From positions 218,685 through 282,684 of the forward strand of contig CAVSZS010000005.1 in NCBI GenBank assembly GCA_963732485.1: a stretch of DNA of 64,000 nt, given 5' to 3'. This document shows, one piece after another, positions 51,370-60,390 of this stretch; the first letter of the stretch is position 1, and every line of letters starts with the position of its first letter. The DNA is from Candidatus Aminicenantes bacterium (GTDB lineage: Bacteria; Acidobacteriota; Aminicenantia; UBA2199). A program made the translations under genes and the position numbers. The notes beneath the pieces were generated by a model. That model had not been told where the DNA came from. It searched no databases and saw only the letters and a program-made list of their open reading frames with translations.

Positions 51370-51785
51370 TCGCCTCCTTCCTGCGGGAACATCTCGTCGA
51401 GAAGGCGGCGGATCTGCTGGCGCGAGAACCCCATTTCGATCGCCCGCTCCGTGAATTTCAGGAATTCCTCGCGCAGAATATCGGATTTGTTCAGGTCCAG
51501 CTGCTCGCTCTTCTCGACCCAGAACCCCACGCCCGGCCGGCCGTTGACGATCCGCTCCTGGGTGAGCTCGCGATAGGCGCGCGCCACCGTATTGGGATTG
51601 ATCTTCAGGAAAGCGGCCAGGTCGCGGATGGACGGCAGGGGCTGGTTTTCGCCGATGATGCTCCTGGCGATGGCCTGCTTGATACTTTTTTTGATCTGCT
51701 CGTATACGGGCGTCGGCGAGGCGAAGTCGATGATCAGTTCGTTCAGCAGCATTTTACTCACTGTATCACAATAATAATACAGCAA
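51366..51785 (-). CDS. GntR-family (YtrA-like, short) transcriptional regulator
   Basis: wHTH motif LPSIRDLAAFLKINPNTVARAYRELTQE. The protein is small with a short C-terminal helix pair, typical of the YtrA subfamily found with ABC transporters. Confidence 0.75.
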   Translation of the reverse strand: MLYYYCDTVSKMLLNELIIDFASPTPVYEQIKKSIKQAIARSIIGENQPLPSIRDLAAFLKINPNTVARAYRELTQERIVNGRPGVGFWVEKSEQLDLNKSDILREEFLKFTERAIEMGFSRQQIRRLLDEMFPQEGGE

Positions 51786-51937
51786 TACGGCATTGTCAAC
51801 ATTAAAATTTATTTTTTTTTATTAAAATCATTTTTATTCTGAAATTGAGTTAGCCGGGGGGGAATTCAGGTTGAAATCCGCAGGGATTTCCCGTACAATA
51901 TTCCCATGAATAAAGGCGAATTGCCCGCTGGAGAGGC

Positions 51938-53218
51938 TTGATGATCGTTGCTGACACCCTGGTCCGCCGCATCGGCCAGCTGGTCAACCCCGCCTCCGAC
52001 CGCGTCGCCCGCGGCGCCCAAGCCGATTCGCTGCGGGTGGAGCGCGACGTCTGCGTCGCGGGACGGCAGGGAAAGATCTGCTACATCGGCCCGGAAAAGG
52101 ATCTGGCCGCCCACTGTCGCCTCGAGCCCGGGGGCGTGGAGCTGGACGCAGGCAACGGGGTGGTCCTGCCCGGCCTGGTCGATCCCCACAGCCACCTGCC
52201 GTTTGCCGGCACGCGCCAGGACGAATTCCAGTTAAAACTGCAGGGCGTCAGCTACCAGGAGATCGCCGCGCGCGGCGGCGGCATCAAGGGCACCGTGCGC
52301 AAGACGCGGGAAATCGGGCACGACGAGCTGGTCGCGGTCTGCCGGCAGCGCCTGGACCGCATGCTGCTCAGCGGCACCACCACTCTGGAGGCCAAGAGCG
52401 GCTACGGCCTGGACCTGGACACCGAACTGAAGCAGTTGCGGGCGCTGCGGGCGCTGGACGGCCGCCACCCGGTAGCCATCGTCCCCACCTTCATGGGCGC
52501 CCATGAGATACCCGACGAATTCCGCGGCCGCGGCAGCGACTTTCTTGAGCACCTGCTGCAGGGCATCCTGCCCCAAGTGCGGCAAGAGCGCCTGGCCGAG
52601 TTCGTCGATATTTTTTGTGAGGAGGGATATTTTTCCTACGCCCAGGCCGAAACCTATCTGGGCCGCGCCGCCGCCCTGGGCTTCAAGATCAAGATGCACG
52701 CCGACGAGTTCACCTCCAACAATGCCGCCGAGCTGGCCGCCCGGCTGGGCGCCGTCTCGGCCGAGCACCTGATCGCCGTCACCCCGGCCGAGATCGCGGT
52801 TATCGCCGCCTCCGCGACCGCCTGCGTGCTGCTGCCCGGCGTATCCTTCTTCCTGCGCCTGGGGCGCTACGCCCCGGCGCGCGAGATCCTGGCCGCCAAC
52901 GGCATCGTCGCCCTGGGGACCGACTTCAACCCGGGCAGCTCCATGATCTCGTCGCAATTGTTTGTCTTTCACCTGGGTGTTTTCCAGATGGGCCTGACCA
53001 TCGAGCAGGCCCTGAATGCCGTGACCATCAATGCGGCGTACGCCGTTGACCGCCAGGGGCGGGTCGGCTCCATTGCCACGGGCAAGGAAATGGACCTGCT
53101 GCTGCTCGACATCCCCGACTACCAGTACCTGGCCTACCACCCGGGCATCGATCCCGTGAGCGCCGTGCTCAAGGCCGGCAAGGTCGTGGTCCGGGACCGG
53201 CGCATCGTCGGCGCGTGA
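51938..53218 (+). CDS. Imidazolonepropionase-like amidohydrolase (HutI family)
   Basis: Metal-binding HxH (VDPHSHL), PTFMGAHEIP, FCEEGYF and TDFNPGS motifs typical of HutI. Confidence 0.7.
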   Translation: MMIVADTLVRRIGQLVNPASDRVARGAQADSLRVERDVCVAGRQGKICYIGPEKDLAAHCRLEPGGVELDAGNGVVLPGLVDPHSHLPFAGTRQDEFQLKLQGVSYQEIAARGGGIKGTVRKTREIGHDELVAVCRQRLDRMLLSGTTTLEAKSGYGLDLDTELKQLRALRALDGRHPVAIVPTFMGAHEIPDEFRGRGSDFLEHLLQGILPQVRQERLAEFVDIFCEEGYFSYAQAETYLGRAAALGFKIKMHADEFTSNNAAELAARLGAVSAEHLIAVTPAEIAVIAASATACVLLPGVSFFLRLGRYAPAREILAANGIVALGTDFNPGSSMISSQLFVFHLGVFQMGLTIEQALNAVTINAAYAVDRQGRVGSIATGKEMDLLLLDIPDYQYLAYHPGIDPVSAVLKAGKVVVRDRRIVGA

Positions 53219-54045
53219 GCGCGGCAAGGAGGCGCATGTTTCGCAAAACCGCGGTGGCCGGCCACTTTTACCCGGCCGACAAGGGCTCCCTGGAACGCCA
53301 GCTGCAGGGGCTGGTGCCTGCGGCCGGCGAGGGCAGCGAGCGGCGTCGCGTCCTGGGCCTGCTGGCCCCGCATGCCGGTTATGTCTACTCGGGCGCCTGC
53401 GCCGGTCAGGGCTATGCGCGGACGCAATTGACCGAGACGGTCATCATCCTGGGCGTCAACCACCGCGGCGCCGGGGCCGAGCTGGCCGTGGACGGCAACG
53501 ACTACTGGGAAATGCCCATGGGCAGCGTGGAAGTCAATTCCGAGCTGCGCTCGCGCCTGCTGGCCGGATCCAGATTGTTCCGCCTGGACAGCGAAGCCGG
53601 CCGCCTGGAGCACTCGTTGGAAGTGCAGGTGCCCTTCATCCAGTACGCCAGCCCGGCGTCGCGCATCCTGCCCATCGCCGTCGCCGCCGAAGGCCTCGAC
53701 GAGCTGCTGGCCGCCGGCGAGGAGATCGCCCGCCTGTTCAGCGCCGACGCCAGCCTGATGATGGTCGCTTCCAGCGACATGAGCCATTACATCCCGGCTG
53801 CCCGCGCCCGCGAACTCGATTTCAAGGCCATTGAGCGTCTGCTGCAGCTCGACGCCGCCGGCTTGTACCGCACCGTGCGCGACAACCGCATCTCCATGTG
53901 CGGCGTGGCGCCGGCAGTGATCATGCTCAGCGCCGCCCGCGCCGCCGGTGCTACGGGCGCCGAGCTCGTTTGCTACACCCATTCCGGCGCTGTGTCCGGG
54001 GACATGAACGAAGTCGTCGGCTACGCCAGCCTGGTCGTCTATTGA
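53215..54045 (+). CDS. Memo1-like protein (AmmeMemoRadiSam system protein B family)
   Basis: VAGHFYP, PHAGYVYSG and HSLEVQVPF motifs. Its start overlaps the HutI-like stop. Confidence 0.75.
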   Translation: MSAARRRMFRKTAVAGHFYPADKGSLERQLQGLVPAAGEGSERRRVLGLLAPHAGYVYSGACAGQGYARTQLTETVIILGVNHRGAGAELAVDGNDYWEMPMGSVEVNSELRSRLLAGSRLFRLDSEAGRLEHSLEVQVPFIQYASPASRILPIAVAAEGLDELLAAGEEIARLFSADASLMMVASSDMSHYIPAARARELDFKAIERLLQLDAAGLYRTVRDNRISMCGVAPAVIMLSAARAAGATGAELVCYTHSGAVSGDMNEVVGYASLVVY

Positions 54046-54050
54046 GCGCC

Positions 54051-55358
54051 ATGAACGCGGAACAGCGGACACCAACAACGGCGGCGGGCGACGGACCATT
54101 GATCCTGGCCCGGGCCGATCATCCCGTTTCGCGGCGCCACATCGACGCCGACGCCCTCAAGATCATGTTCCGCCTCCAGAACCTGGGCTTCACCGCCTAC
54201 CTGACCGGCGGCGCGGTGCGCGACATGATGCTGGGGCGCACGCCCAAGGATTTCGATATCGCCACCGACGCCCGCCCCAACCAGATCCGCAAATACTTTG
54301 CCAATGCCTTCATTATCGGCCGTCGCTTCCGCCTGGCGCACATCCGCTTCCGCGGCGGCAAGGTGATCGAGGTGGCGACGTTCCGCAAAGACCCCGGTCC
54401 CGCTGCCGCGGCCGGCATGCCTGACGGAACCGTCCCCCAGGATGGGGCGCCGCAGCACGCCTTCGGCACGCCGGCGGAGGACGCATGGCGCCGGGACATC
54501 ACGGTGAATGCCCTGTTCTACGACCCGGCGACAATGACGGTCATCGACCATGTCGGCGGCGTAGCCGACCTGCGCCAGGGCCGCATCCGCATCATCGGCG
54601 AGGCGCGCGAGAGATTCCGCGAGGACCCGGTGCGCATCTGGCGGGTGATCCGCTACGCGGCCCGGCTCGGGTTCGCGATCGATGCCGAGGTCGGGGCCGC
54701 CATACGCGCCGAGCGCGGCCTGCTGGCCGGCTGCTCGGAAGCCCGACTGTACGAGGAGTTTACCAAGGACCTGCTGGGCTCGGGAGCGCAAGCCGTCTTT
54801 AGCCGGCATCGCGAATACGGCGTGCTGCGCCTGCTGCTCGGGACTATCGGCGCGGCGCTCGAGGACGATGCCGCCATGTTCGCCGCTTCCAGTTCCCTGC
54901 TGGCCATCGCCGATGGCGAGAAGGAAGCCGGGCGGGCTCCCGGGCTGGACGAGCTTATCGCGCTGCTGCTCTGGCCCTGGGCGGCGCCGCAGTTGGCCGG
55001 CGCCGGGCCCGATCCGTTCGTGGCCCTGAAAAAAGCGTTCCTCGGGGCGGGCATGGTGGTGGCCCTGCCCAAGAACATGCGCGCCCAGGTCATCGACCTG
55101 CTGACCCTGGCCGGCCGCATGACGCGCGCCCTGGGCGACGGGCACATGCGCTGGTCGGCGCGCCAGCGGCCCGGTTATGGACTCGCGTCGCGGTTGTGCT
55201 TCATGATCAGCCAGGGGCGGGTTCCGGAGGAAGGGGAATCGTTCGAACTGCTCTTCGCGAAGGCGTTTCCCGGCCGGCCTCCGCAAGGCAGCGGCCGGCC
55301 GCGGCGCCGGCGCCGCCGGAGTGCCCGTCCCCAAACTTCAGTGACGAGTGACAAGTGA
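54051..55358 (+). CDS. Poly(A) polymerase / CCA-adding enzyme family nucleotidyltransferase with Arg-rich C-terminal tail
   Basis: NTase head motif GGAVRDMMLGRTPKDFDIAT. The PcnB-like body is followed by an RRRRRR tail. Confidence 0.75.
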   Translation: MNAEQRTPTTAAGDGPLILARADHPVSRRHIDADALKIMFRLQNLGFTAYLTGGAVRDMMLGRTPKDFDIATDARPNQIRKYFANAFIIGRRFRLAHIRFRGGKVIEVATFRKDPGPAAAAGMPDGTVPQDGAPQHAFGTPAEDAWRRDITVNALFYDPATMTVIDHVGGVADLRQGRIRIIGEARERFREDPVRIWRVIRYAARLGFAIDAEVGAAIRAERGLLAGCSEARLYEEFTKDLLGSGAQAVFSRHREYGVLRLLLGTIGAALEDDAAMFAASSSLLAIADGEKEAGRAPGLDELIALLLWPWAAPQLAGAGPDPFVALKKAFLGAGMVVALPKNMRAQVIDLLTLAGRMTRALGDGHMRWSARQRPGYGLASRLCFMISQGRVPEEGESFELLFAKAFPGRPPQGSGRPRRRRRRSARPQTSVTSDK

Positions 55359-55437
55359 CGAGTAACCAGGAACAGCAAAATATCGTGGTAATGGGGTCGC
55401 TCTTCTCTCGTTACTTGTCACTCGTTACTTGTCACAC
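55340..55437. repeat. Long imperfect inverted repeat built from GTGAC(R)A heptad-like units (stem-loop)
   Basis: AGTGACGAGTGACAAGTGACGAGTAAC ...43-nt loop... GTTACTTGTCACTCGTTACTTGTCACACT, immediately after the pcnB-like stop. It can form a stem of about 27 bp with G:U pairs. Confidence 0.5.
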
Positions 55438-55461
55438 TGAGTTCCTCCTCGCACTAAAGGC

Positions 55462-55490
55462 TTGACGCTGGCAACCGTTTCCCCTATAAT
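55462..55490 (+). promoter_or_regulatory. Sigma-70 promoter (TTGACG-N17-TATAAT) giving a near-leaderless transcript for the downstream lipoprotein gene
   Basis: The -10 hexamer ends 11 nt before the ATG at 55502, and there is no SD. Confidence 0.45.
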
Positions 55491-55501
55491 TTTTTTTCAC
55501 C

Positions 55502-56866
55502 ATGAGATCCAAGAAGCTCCTTTTTCTGCTGGCCGTCCTGGCCCTTTCCTGGGGTTGCCGGCGGTCGCGCCCAGTACTGATTCCGGAAATTGGCCCGCCC
55601 CTCGTTCAGGAAGAAGTCTGCACCTGGACCGGTCTCCTGGCCGGGGAGGCTATCTTCCCCTGCGCAGGCGGCATCGGCTGGGTAGACGCCGCGGGCCGGA
55701 TCATCGCCTGGAACGTTGAATCAAAAGCCATTGCCGAAGTCTTCGCCGTACCTTTCGCGGTCAAGGTGCCGCCTTTTCGCCAGGGAAACTTCCTGCTGCT
55801 CCAGGACAAGGCCAGCGATCGGCTCCTGATTTATGACCTGGCCGCGTGCGCGGTGACGTTCGAAGCCCTGCATCTGGGCGCAACGCATATCCTCGGCGTC
55901 GATACCGACTGTTTGGTCTACCTCGAGGGCGAGAGTTTGACGGTGAATTTCTGGCGCCGCCCAGGCGTCGTTTTTCGTACGCCGGCAGGCGAAGCGCAAT
56001 TCTTTAATTGCCAATTCACTCCGGAGCGGGTACTGATCTCGGAATATGAGCTCCTGAACACGTTCTGGAAAAAGAGCGGCAGGTTCGAATATGAGCACTT
56101 GCCGCAGCCAGCTGTCTCCCCATTTTACCTGGATGGCGAACATATTTATTATGGCTCCATTGAGCGCTACCTGGTGAAGTATTCCATCGCAAAGAAGCGC
56201 CTCTCCTGGAAATTGAAGCTGGGCCAGATGCTGCAGCGGCAACCCGTTGATTTCGCCGGAACCATCATCGCCAGCCCCGCCGATAACAACGTCCTGCAAG
56301 TGAACAGGAAAGGCAGCATCCTCTGGTGGCAGGCGCTGCGCTCGACCATGAGCTTTGACCTGCTGCCCATGACCGAGAACCTGGCCGCCGTGCTGCTGAA
56401 CCGCGAGATCAAGTTCATCGACCCGCGGCGCAGGAAGGTGACCGTGTTCCAGGGCACGGCGCGGCCGCTTGGCCCGCCGCTGGCCTTCGGGGGCGACTTG
56501 TACTTCATGACGCGTGACAAAGAGCAGGCCTACCGCCTGTTGCGCGTCGGCAACCGCTACGGCGTCGATATCGCGCTGGAGCCGTCTCCGCACTGGGTCG
56601 GGCAATCGCTGCGCTTCAGCGTGCAGCCGCAGCACCTGCTCGAACCGCGCTGGGAATGTGTGATACTGGACGCCCAGCAACGGCCGGTGTTCAGCAGGAG
56701 CGTGGCCGGGGCGGAGAAAACCCCGCTGGTCTGGGTGCCGCTGCAGCCGGGGAAATACCTCATCCGCGTCCAGGCCCGGGGCACCAACCGCGATGCCCTG
56801 GCCGAAGCGTCGGTCCGAGTGCTTGACCCGCTGCAGGTCGTGCCCGCATTTTATCTGCACTTTTGA
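55502..56866 (+). CDS. Hypothetical lipoprotein
   Basis: Lipobox LSWGC. No family recognised. Confidence 0.5.
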   Translation: MRSKKLLFLLAVLALSWGCRRSRPVLIPEIGPPLVQEEVCTWTGLLAGEAIFPCAGGIGWVDAAGRIIAWNVESKAIAEVFAVPFAVKVPPFRQGNFLLLQDKASDRLLIYDLAACAVTFEALHLGATHILGVDTDCLVYLEGESLTVNFWRRPGVVFRTPAGEAQFFNCQFTPERVLISEYELLNTFWKKSGRFEYEHLPQPAVSPFYLDGEHIYYGSIERYLVKYSIAKKRLSWKLKLGQMLQRQPVDFAGTIIASPADNNVLQVNRKGSILWWQALRSTMSFDLLPMTENLAAVLLNREIKFIDPRRRKVTVFQGTARPLGPPLAFGGDLYFMTRDKEQAYRLLRVGNRYGVDIALEPSPHWVGQSLRFSVQPQHLLEPRWECVILDAQQRPVFSRSVAGAEKTPLVWVPLQPGKYLIRVQARGTNRDALAEASVRVLDPLQVVPAFYLHF

Positions 56867-56885
56867 CCGGGACCGTGGAGGCGCG

Positions 56886-57380
56886 ATGAAAAAGAAATGG
56901 CTGCTGGGCCTGACCGCCGGGCTGCTGGCGCTGGGGGCCGTCGCCCAGGAAAAGAATGTGTGCGTCCTGGAGACCGAGAAGGGGACGCTGGTCTTCCGCC
57001 TCTATCCCGAAGTGGCGCCGCGCACCGCGGCGCGCATCGGCGAGCTCGCCGACAGCGGCTTCTACGACGGCATCCTTTTCCACCGTGTGGTGGCCGATTT
57101 CGTCGTCCAGGCCGGCGATCCGACCGGGAGCGGCGAAGGCGGCTCGGGCCAGGCGATCCCCGCCGAGTTCTCGCACCTGCACTACATCCGCGGCTCGGTG
57201 GGCATGGCCCGCGACGACGACATCCATTCCAACGACAGCCAGTTCTTCATCTGCATCACCGACCAGCCTCACCTGGACGGCAAATACACCCTTTTCGGCC
57301 AGGTGATCCAGGGCGAGGACGTGCTGGATCGCATCCGCCAGGGCGACAGGATCCTGCGCCTGCGCACGCGCCGGGAATAG
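56886..57380 (+). CDS. Secreted cyclophilin-type peptidyl-prolyl cis-trans isomerase
   Basis: Signal peptide, then a cyclophilin core (FHRVVADFVVQAGDPTGSGEGG, SQFFIC). GGAGG RBS. Confidence 0.85.
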   Translation: MKKKWLLGLTAGLLALGAVAQEKNVCVLETEKGTLVFRLYPEVAPRTAARIGELADSGFYDGILFHRVVADFVVQAGDPTGSGEGGSGQAIPAEFSHLHYIRGSVGMARDDDIHSNDSQFFICITDQPHLDGKYTLFGQVIQGEDVLDRIRQGDRILRLRTRRE

Positions 57381-57381
57381 G

Positions 57382-58327
57382 ATGTTCGCCCCCCTGGCCG
57401 CCTGGCTGCGCCGGCAACAGATCCGCTTCAGCGAGAACGCGGCCATTGCCCCGCACCTCTATTTCCGCATCGGCGGCACGGTAAGCCTGCTGGTTATTCC
57501 CGCGACCGCGGACGAACGGCTGGCTGTCTTGCGCGAGCTCGCCGCGGCCGGTACATCCCGGCCTGGTCATCGGCGGCGGCTCCAACATCGCCTTCGCCGA
57601 CGGGCTGACGCGGGCCGCCGTCGTGCTGGCGCCTGTTCCCGCGCCGCCGGCCCCGCCGCTCGCGGCGGCGGACGGTCGCTCGCTGCAGGTCGACGGCGGC
57701 ATGCGCAACCAGGCGCTGCTCTCCTGGTGCGCGGCCAACGGCGCCGGCGGGCTCGAGTTTCTTTCCGGCATTCCCGGCACCCTGGGCGGGGCGGCCGCCG
57801 TCAATGCCGGCGCCTTCGGAGGCTCCATGGCCGACGTGCTGCTGGGGGCCGATATCGTCGACGAGAGGGGAGAGGTGCGCGCCGTGGACGCCGGCTACTT
57901 CTCCTTCCGCTACCGCGACTCGCGTTTCAAGCTCGGCAGCGAGGCCCTGCTGGCCCTGCGCCTGGCCGTCACTCCCGGGGACGAGGCGCTGATCGCCCGG
58001 AAAATCCGCGACAACCTGGAGTATCGCGTGAAGCGCCATCCTTCCTATCGCCTGGCCTCGGCCGGCTGTTTTTTCAAAAACCCGCTGTCCGGGGGCGTCA
58101 AGACCTCGGCCGGAAAGCTGATCGAGGAAAGCGGCCTGAAGAACACGGTGCTCGGGGACCTGGCCGTGGCCGCCGAGCACGCGAACTTTCTGCTCAACCG
58201 CGGCAGCGGCACCTTTGCCGACCTGCAGCGCCTCGAAGAGAAAATACGCGCCGCGGTGGCCGCGCGCACGGGAATCGTCCTGGAAAGGGAAGTGATCTAT
58301 GTTTCAGAGGACGGAAAGAAGTACTAG
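57382..58327 (+). pseudogene. murB: UDP-N-acetylenolpyruvoylglucosamine reductase (murB) interrupted by a +1 frameshift near 57550-57560
   Basis: Frame 1 encodes a MurB N-terminus (..FRIGGTVSLLVIPATADERLAVLRELAAAG). The next frame continues with PGLVIGGGSNIAFADG, and the 234-aa ORF (57623..58327) is the MurB C-terminal domain. The switch is at a TCCCGGCC run. Confidence 0.75.
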
Positions 58328-58606
58328 TTCGATCTCTTAGTGGTAGTGATAGTGGTTGTGATAGCCAGAGAAGAATGAATTCCAATGGCGGTGTCAATAA
58401 ATGAGATCGGTTGAAGGTAAACGGTTTACGGTGGACGGTCAGAAAAAGGAACACTAAGACTTAAATCCCAAATCCCAAGCACCAAATTCCAAATAAACTT
58501 CAAATTCCAATGACCCAATGACCCAAACGAAAACGCTGCCAAGGCAGGGTTTCCTTTTTAACTTTTCACTTTTCACGTTTCACTTTTCACATATTCTATT
58601 TAAGCT

Positions 58607-58638
58607 GAAAAAAAGGGAAAGGCGGCGGCGCCTTTCCC
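58607..58638 (-). terminator. Rho-independent terminator for the 58679..59317 gene
   Basis: Minus-strand hairpin GGGAAAGGCG-CCGC-CGCCTTTCCC followed by UUUUUUU. Confidence 0.55.
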
Positions 58639-58678
58639 GTCGAGAACGCGTTGAAATCTCAAGCCGGCGCGAACGCCG

Positions 58679-59317
58679 CTATTTGACCGCCCTGCGGCCG
58701 TCGCTTGAGCGGGTGGCCATCGTCCCGGGCTTGACTGAGTCGCCCGAAGCCAGGCGCGTCGCGGTCCAGGTGGCGCTGGTGATGTCCTTGTTGCCGACGG
58801 TCAGGCCGGCGAAGGTGGCGCTGCCCGTCATCTTGTCCTTGCCGTCGAACTTGCCGCTGATCTGGATGTCCCACGTATTGTATTCGATGGTGACGTCCTT
58901 GCCGGAGAGCGTGTAGGTGCCGGTGTCGGAGAAGTTGTCGATGAAGGTGCCGCTCTTCCTGTCGCCGCTGAAGATCAGTGTCCAGACCCAGGTGTGGGCC
59001 GGCGACGTGGAGGTGAAACTGAAATCCCATTTGCCGACAATCTCGTATTTGGTCTTCAGGACTACCAGAACCAGGACGGCGGCGATGGCGCCGACGGCGA
59101 CAATGCCGATGACGATGGGCAGGATGCTCTTTTTCCCTGGCTGGGTGCTGGCGCTCCCTTCTTCCTCAACAAAACCTGGGGTCTCCCCCGCCGCCTCAAT
59201 TTCCGTGCCGCCCTGGCCGGGAGCCTGGTCGGCGCGCAACGGCATGGTCGACGCATGCAGCAGCGCAAGGAAAGTAAAAGCCACAAACAAGGCGATCGTT
59301 TTTTTGTGATTTTTCAT
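58679..59317 (-). CDS. Hypothetical secreted/membrane-anchored protein
   Basis: Signal peptide, a Gly/Glu-rich spacer, a TM helix (ILPIVIGIVAVGAIAAVLVLVVL) and a beta-rich C-terminal domain. No family recognised. Confidence 0.45.
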   Translation of the reverse strand: MKNHKKTIALFVAFTFLALLHASTMPLRADQAPGQGGTEIEAAGETPGFVEEEGSASTQPGKKSILPIVIGIVAVGAIAAVLVLVVLKTKYEIVGKWDFSFTSTSPAHTWVWTLIFSGDRKSGTFIDNFSDTGTYTLSGKDVTIEYNTWDIQISGKFDGKDKMTGSATFAGLTVGNKDITSATWTATRLASGDSVKPGTMATRSSDGRRAVK

Positions 59318-59394
59318 GATGGCAACTCCTCCTGTACGGCACTATATTAAATAGAAATATAATAAAGTCAACCGTATATCCTCCGAGCCGGCGC

Positions 59395-60130
59395 CTACAG
59401 GCGCGATTGGGCCAGGGTGATCGCCGTCACCCTGGCGCCGCCTTTTTTCAGCGCCGCGGCGCACTTGCGCAGGGTGGTGCCGGTGGTGGTCACGTCGTCG
59501 ATGAGCAGGATGCTCTTGCCGGCGACCTTGTTCCCGGGCGGCCAGGGCGAAGGCGCCGTCCAGGTTGGCGTGGCGCTGCGCCTGGCTCAGGCCCACCTGC
59601 GGCCCCGTGCTTTTCGTTTTGGCCAGAACCCGGGGCCAGAAAGCGATCCCCAGTTCGCGGGCCAGCACCACGCCCATGGCCCGCACCGGCTGGAAGCCAT
59701 GCCGGCGGTTGCGGTCGGCCGGAACCGGCACCACGGCGTCGAAGGGGCCGGGAAGCCTGGTGCGGACCGTCTCCAGGCACAGCTTCGCCAGCACGTGCTT
59801 CAGCGGCTCGATCTCCCCGTACTTGTAGAGGATGATGACCTGGCGCAGGGTCCCTTCGTAGGCGGCGCAGGAGAGGTGGCGGTCGAACGGCGGCGCCTGC
59901 AGCAGGCAGGCGCCGCAGGCATCGACCCCGTCGGGGACAAACTTGCCGCAAATGCGGCAGGCGTGGTCCGCGGCCGGAACGACCCGCTCCCGGCAATCCC
60001 GGCAGATGATCTTTTCCCGCGCCAGTACCAGGTCGTGACCGCAGATGCGGCAGCATGGCCGGTAAAGCCCTGTCCGCGCCAGTTGCAGGAGGGCGCCGCC
60101 GGCCCGGCCGAGCGCTTTTCCTATAGACAT
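59395..60130 (-). pseudogene. comF: ComF-family protein (double zinc ribbon + phosphoribosyltransferase domain) interrupted by a 1-nt frameshift near 59533-59540
   Basis: The 331-aa frame gives the zinc ribbons (CRICGHDL..CRDC..CRICGKF..CGAC) and ..NLDGAFALAA. The neighbouring frame then gives the canonical PRTase end GKSILLIDDVTTTGTTLRKCAAALKKGGARVTAITLAQSRL*. The switch is at GCCGCCCGGG. Confidence 0.7.
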
Positions 60131-60390
60131 CGCCGGCTGGGAGATTTCCGGCCCCGATCCGGCTCCAGCGGGCATGCAGGCGGGGGCAGGACCGGGAAGC
60201 GGACCAGGGTTTTCATGGTGTCTCCGTTTCGCCGCCGCGATCGCGCCGGAAACTGTCGCGCAACCCACGGCAATCCCCATTGTATGGCTTCGACCCATGG
60301 CTTGCAAGCGGCGCCCGTCCGTCCTTCTTGGCGCCATCGTCCAGTTTATGATAGAATTTCCCCTGCGGGCGAAAGCCAGGAGGAGTAGAT

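Noticed and set aside
53898-54050. N-terminal 51-aa extension of the PcnB-like ORF
   Set aside because: It overlaps the Memo-like gene in another frame and is Arg-rich low complexity. The start is placed at the ATG at 54051.
55340-55437. Heptad direct repeats GTGACGA/GTGACAA considered as a CRISPR or mobile-element terminal repeat
   Set aside because: There are only 3-4 short units per arm, arranged as an inverted pair forming a single hairpin. There are no spacers and no transposase or cas genes nearby, so it is treated as a stem-loop element.
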